From contig OZ360230.1 of NCBI GenBank assembly GCA_977017645.1, positions 54,746,001 to 54,810,000 on the forward strand: DNA of 64,000 nucleotides, given 5' to 3'. This document shows, piece by piece, positions 59,379 to 64,000 of the stretch. The notes under the pieces were generated by a model that searched no databases, was not told where the DNA came from, and saw only the letters and a program-made list of their open reading frames with translations. This DNA is from Torpedo marmorata. Lineage: Eukaryota. The position numbers were made by a program, and so were the translations under genes. Positions within the stretch are counted from its first letter, which is position 1. Each line of letters begins with the position of its first letter.

Positions 59379-59611
59379 TCAACCTGTACTTAGTTGTGTA
59401 ATAATAAAACAAATAGCAAGCTGTAGCGTTACAGGGTGCAGGGTATGGTTTACAAAGAAAAAATGCAGGATATGGAGAAAAGTGCAGTTAACATACTTTT
59501 ACCAATGAGAGGTCCCTTTAAGGGTCTGGTAACAGCAGGAATCTGTCCTTTAATCTACACCAGCCATTTTCAGATTGAACATAGACGTACAGTGGACTAA
59601 ATAGGTGCTGA

Positions 59612-59840
59612 AGTGACAGCACGGTTAGCGTAACGCTGTACAGCGCCAGCGACCTGGGTTCAAATCGGGAGCTGTCTGTAAGAAATTTGTACGTTCTCCC
59701 CGTGTCTGCGTGGGTTTCCTCCAGGTGCTCCTGTTTCCTCCCACCCTTCAAAAACATACGGGGGTTGTAGGTTAATTGGGGTATTCGAGTGGCACGGACT
59801 CGGGGGCCAGAAGGGCCTGTTTCTGTGCTTGTCTAAATTT
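59612..59840 (+). mobile_element. V-SINE
   Basis: B-box GGTTCAAATC; V-domain GTTCTCCCCGTGTCTGCGTGGGTTTCCTCC. Confidence 0.85.
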
Positions 59841-60024
59841 AATAAATTTTATAAGGTGTGACTCACCCTTCAAAGGCTGCATCGTGGCTTGGCTTGTCCA
59901 GTATTCATTCCACTCTAGTTCTATCATCAGTTCTTGGAGCAAACCCAGGAATCTAACAAAAACAGCTTTACTCAGGCAGCGCATGAACAGAGCAGGTTGT
60001 GTTGCAGGTGTTGAGAGTTGTCTG

Positions 60025-60232
60025 CACTATTACAGCGCCAGCGATCCGGCTTCAAATCCATCACTGTCTGTAAGAGTTGGTATGTTCTCCCCGTGTCTGC
60101 GTGGGTTTCCACCGGTGCTCCGGTTTCTTCCCACCCTTCATAATGTATGGCGGTTGTACGTTAATTGGAGAATTTAGGCGGCACGGGCTCGTGGACTGGA
60201 AGGGCCTGTTACCATGCTGGATGTCTAAATTG
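60025..60232 (+). mobile_element. V-SINE
   Basis: V-domain and tail as at 59612. Confidence 0.82.
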
Positions 60233-60431
60233 TCGTCAACCAGCACAAAGGCCTTTCAGCCCACCCTGTCCATGTGTCTATCTACAATACTGTCATTTAC
60301 CAGCACTTGATGCATTGTCTACAATGCTCTGATGATCAAGTGCTCATCCAGCTGCTTCTGTGCTTATGTTAAATAGGATAGAGGTATAATCATGACAATT
60401 CAATGGTGGAACAGGTTCGATTAGTTAATTA

Positions 60432-60550
60432 AAAAACACAAATGCTGGAGAACTCAGCAGGTCAAACAGTGTCTTTTATGTAGCAAAGGTAGAAATACAT
60501 AACCGACGTTTCGGGCTTGAGCCCTTCATCAAAGTATGAGAAAATGCCGG
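60432..60550 (-). mobile_element. Short Penelope pLTR insertion
   Basis: TSD TTAGTTAATTA at 60421 and 60551; near-identical to 19370-19487. Confidence 0.88.
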
Positions 60551-60564
60551 TTAGTTAATTAGTC

Positions 60565-61035
60565 TCCCGAGAGGGTGAGGCCTAGGGGAGACATTACAGA
60601 GCAGAAAACCACAGCAGGGGACGAGGTTCCAGCACGGAGCTCAGCGACCAAAGGCCTCACACCAAGCTGCTGGCAAGCAGCCCTCGGAAACCAGGTACCA
60701 GGTCCTCGATCCGCATGTGTGCTGATGTCGAGCAGGGCTCCCAAAGGGGCTCAGGTGCTGACAGCTTCCTGATGCTCAGGGGGTCGGATCAGGAGGGTGA
60801 CTTGGCCGCTGCTGGAACGGACAGGAGGATGTGTGACTATGGAGGTTACGGGGGCGCAGAAGGTGGTGGCATCGAAGGAGGTCCACGGACACTCGTTATC
60901 TCTGAAGGAACTCTCTTTTGCTTCTCTTTCTCCTCGATGGTGGCACCAATTTAATACCACCTCTTTGCGAACTTTTGAAGGCAAACAAAGGAAAGATTTT
61001 TGTCTGTTTTGTGTACATGAATCTTGAAATCTTGT
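60565..61035 (+). mobile_element. Diverged family X relative
   Basis: 'ctctcttttgcttctctttctc' block and TCTTGAAATCTTG tail. Confidence 0.55.
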
Positions 61036-61397
61036 CCCTTTTCCTTACTTTTCTCTGTTTCTACATTTAGTAATGCTGTGTCGCTGTTCCTATAGGCCCC
61101 TACTGCTGAGGTCAGACATCCAATGTTACAATGCACCAACCTCTTTGAAGGAAAGGAAAGAGATGAAAGATGTGAGCAGAGGGATAAAAGGGGACTTGAA
61201 CGAGATTCACACTTTCCCCTCAGGCACTGTATCAGAAAGATAAGACAACCGCTCAAACTTTGGCAGTGGGTGAGTGGCGGGGGTGGGGCGGGGTGTGGTG
61301 TGGGAATAGCATTTTATAGCTGCAAAGAAATCACCAGGATAATCTCCAGCCACACACATTGCAAAGACTTTATAAAAAAGTTGAACTGGTAATACCT

Positions 61398-61720
61398 AGA
61401 ACATAGAACAGCACAGTTCAGGCCCTTCAGCCTACGATGTTGTGCTGACCATTAGAAACCTACTCAACAAACTAAATCTTCCCCACCACACCCATAACCC
61501 TCTATTTTTCTTGCATCCATGTGCCTCTCCAAGAGTCTTTCAAATGTCCCTGTTGTACCAGCCTCCAACACCACCCCTAGCAATGCATTCCAGACACCCA
61601 CTGCTCTCTGTGTAAAAAAGCTTACCCTGATGTCTCCCCTAAACTTCCCCCCCCACCCTTACCTTGTCCTCTGGTGTTTGCTACTCTAGCCCCAGGAAAA
61701 GGTGCTTGCTGTCTACCCTG
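61398..61720 (-). mobile_element. CR1 3' end
   Basis: Homologous to 12380-12745. Confidence 0.78.
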
Positions 61721-61827
61721 TTGTAGATCAAAGGGAAGGATTATATTTCACACTTTTCAAAATAGAAGTTTATTTTTTCTACCCTCTCGTCATTAATCAC
61801 TGCTGACCCTACAAAGTAACAAAGAAT

Positions 61828-62060
61828 GCACAAAATGCTGGAGGAACTCAGCAGATCTTGGAGCGCCCATAATAGGTAAAGATATATAACCGACGATTCG
61901 GGCCTGAGCTCTTCTTCAAGGTACCTTGAGGAAGGGCTCAGGCCCGAAATGTCGGTAATATATCTTTCCCTCCTATGGATGCTGCGAGACCGGCTGAGTT
62001 CCTCCAGCATTTCTGTGTTTTCTCTACAATCACAGTGTCTGCAGACTTTCGTGTTTCACT
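61828..62060. mobile_element. Palindromic head-to-head Penelope pLTR pair
   Basis: Arms of about 95 bp centred on TCAAGGTACCTTGA at about 61922. Confidence 0.85.
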
Positions 62061-62379
62061 CTAACAAACAATGTAGCCCAGTCGGTGGGGATCAATCACT
62101 AGTTTTTGGATAAGAAAAAGTGACTTGCAGTGTGTAAACCCTCTCCAAAAATACTCTTTTGGATGCAAGAAAGATTCCTGTGCAACAGATCAGTCTCCAT
62201 ACAAACATTGTGATGGTTTTACTCGAAGATTCCAGAAAAGCAACACTTGGCTTGTTGGCCTGAATGGACACAAGCCAGAAAAACTGGGCCAGAAAACTAA
62301 ATGGCCAATGTGACCCCACAGGTGGAATGGAAGCTTCTATTCCTATCACCACCGAGGCAGAATAACTCACCATCAGCAG

Positions 62380-62720
62380 AGAATGGGGTTAGCTCCATCT
62401 CCAGACAGTCGAACAGAAAGACTTGACTTCCTCTCCAGTGCACTGTTGATGCACCAGAGGTGCCATCATTCAGATGAGAGGTTGAGCTGAGGGCCCGTGT
62501 ACCCTCTCTAGTGGTAGAAGATGCCCCAATGGTAAATTGAAGATCAGGGGAGTTATCCCCAGGCTCCTGCCCAACACATATCCTCAATCCAATGAATCCA
62601 ACGCTGGTTGTCTGCTTGTTAACACATTGCTGGGTGTGGGATCTTGCAATGCACAAATTGGTTGCCATGATCTCTGCATTTATTGTACACAATACTTGCT
62701 ATCCGCACTGTTATACTGAC
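62380..62720 (+). mobile_element. DeuSINE (SacSINE1/AmnSINE1-like)
   Basis: GGTGCCATCATTCAGATGAGA..., CAGGGGAGTTATCCCC..., GTGGGATCTTGCAATGCACAAATTGGTTGCC match the recalled Deu domain. Confidence 0.7.
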
Positions 62721-62984
62721 TGCCACAGCAATGAAGGCAAGCATACCAATTGGTTTTTTTTCACTATCTCTTTGTGTTGTCCCTTGCGGGGAGTGATGCA
62801 CTTGAACCAGTGGATCTCTCTGTGCATTAACATGCCTAAGGTTTCTGCCATTTGCTCTATGTATTCTAACAAAATTTGACCTCCCAAATCATTACCTCGC
62901 ACTTGTCTGTATTAAATTCCATATGCAGTCACCCTGCCTAACTTTCCAGTTGATCTATCCTGCTGTACCCTTACACCATCCTCG

Positions 62985-63462
62985 GATTCAGATTCAGATT
63001 TCTGCTCTCAGATTTATTGTCAGAGTACATACATGACATCACATACAACCCTAAGATTCTTTTTCCTTCAGGCCAGGCAGAATTCCCACTTATTGGCAGT
63101 GCAAAAAAAAAACTGACTCAACATACACATGTAAACAAATAAAGGAATGTAAAGAAACTGACTGTGCAATACAGAGATAGAGAAAAAAATTCAATAAAGT
63201 GCAAAAGAGTCCTTAAATGAGTCCCTGATTGAGTTTGTCGTTGAAGAGTCTGATGGTGGAGGGGTAGCAGCTGTTCCTGAACGTGGTGGTGCGAGTCTTG
63301 TGGCACCTATACCTCTTTCGTGATGGCAGCAGCGAGAACAGAGCGTGTGCTGGGTGGTGTGGATCCTTGATGATTGCTGCTGCTCTCCGACGGCAGCGTT
63401 CCCTGTAGATGTTCTCGATAATGGGGAGGGTTTTACCTGTGATGTCCTGGGCTGTGTCCACT
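62985..63462 (-). mobile_element. Rex1/Babar 3' end (subfamily A)
   Basis: VDTAQDITGKTLP..FRNSCYPSTIRL; homologous to 950-1410. Confidence 0.9.
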
Positions 63463-63479
63463 TCTTCGCTACTTAAGAC

Positions 63480-63910
63480 TCCATCATTTTGTTGTGTCAC
63501 CTGCAGACTGACCAATCAGACCATATACAACCTCATGCAAGTTATTTATAAACTTTGTTACAAAGATCTCAGCATTGATCCCTGTGTTAGACCAATTGGT
63601 AGAGTTCCAGTCATCCCCTTATCGCCAAGTCTCTGCTACCATCTCTCAGATGCCTTGTGCCTTTTGGACCTGCCTACCATGTGGGACCTTATCAAAAGCC
63701 ATGTAAACCACGTCGATTGCTCTGCCTTCATCAATTCGCTTAAATGCTTCCTCAAAAAACTCAGTCAGATTTGTGAGGTTATCTCCTCTGTACACAACCT
63801 GCTGGCTCTTCCTAATCAGACATTTCCTCTCGGTAAACATAAATCCTGTCTCTCAAAGTCTTCTCCAACAACATCCTAACCCCTGATGCAAGGTTCATTA
63901 ACCTATAGTT
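63480..63910 (-). mobile_element. Old CR1 RT fragment
   Basis: LTNLTEFFEE..KRIDEGRAIDVVYMAFDKVPH. Confidence 0.75.
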
Positions 63911-63917
63911 TTCAGCT

Positions 63918-64000
63918 AAAAAACACAAATGCTGGAGAAGCTCAGCAGGTCAAACAGTGTCTTTTATGTAGCAAAGGTAGAAATACATAACCGACGTTTC
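63918..64000 (-). mobile_element. Penelope pLTR, runs off the window end
   Basis: Near-identical to 60432-60512. Confidence 0.85.

Overview
Eukaryotic, repeat-saturated intronic or intergenic DNA, very probably from a cartilaginous fish (V-SINEs, DeuSINE remnants, dense CR1, Rex1/Babar and Penelope fragments). No host protein-coding gene can be called with confidence. The centre holds two large nests. In the first, a young BEL/Pao LTR element (29391-35275; 622-bp LTRs differing at 1 base; GTAGA TSD) sits inside an ORF2-deleted L1. In the second, an older copy of the same BEL family on the minus strand (42586-55842; GTACG TSD) contains an L1 of the same family (itself holding a Rex1), a young internally deleted Gypsy element and a Penelope fragment. 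The most notable feature is the intact 1306-aa ORF of the young BEL copy. It encodes a SAFB/SLTM-like SAP domain, Gag and protease, but RT, RNase H and integrase are replaced in frame by coiled-coil sequence, about 100 aa of which closely resembles the vertebrate host protein MIPOL1. This looks like a mobile, pol-less, gene-capturing LTR family. Other points: self-nested Tc2-like and hAT MITEs, hammerhead-ribozyme-like motifs in many Penelope terminal fragments, and an abundant ~800-bp non-coding element with a Rex-like tail. All family and homology calls come from motif recognition and recalled sequences; no database search was run. Boundaries without a TSD or TIR are approximate.
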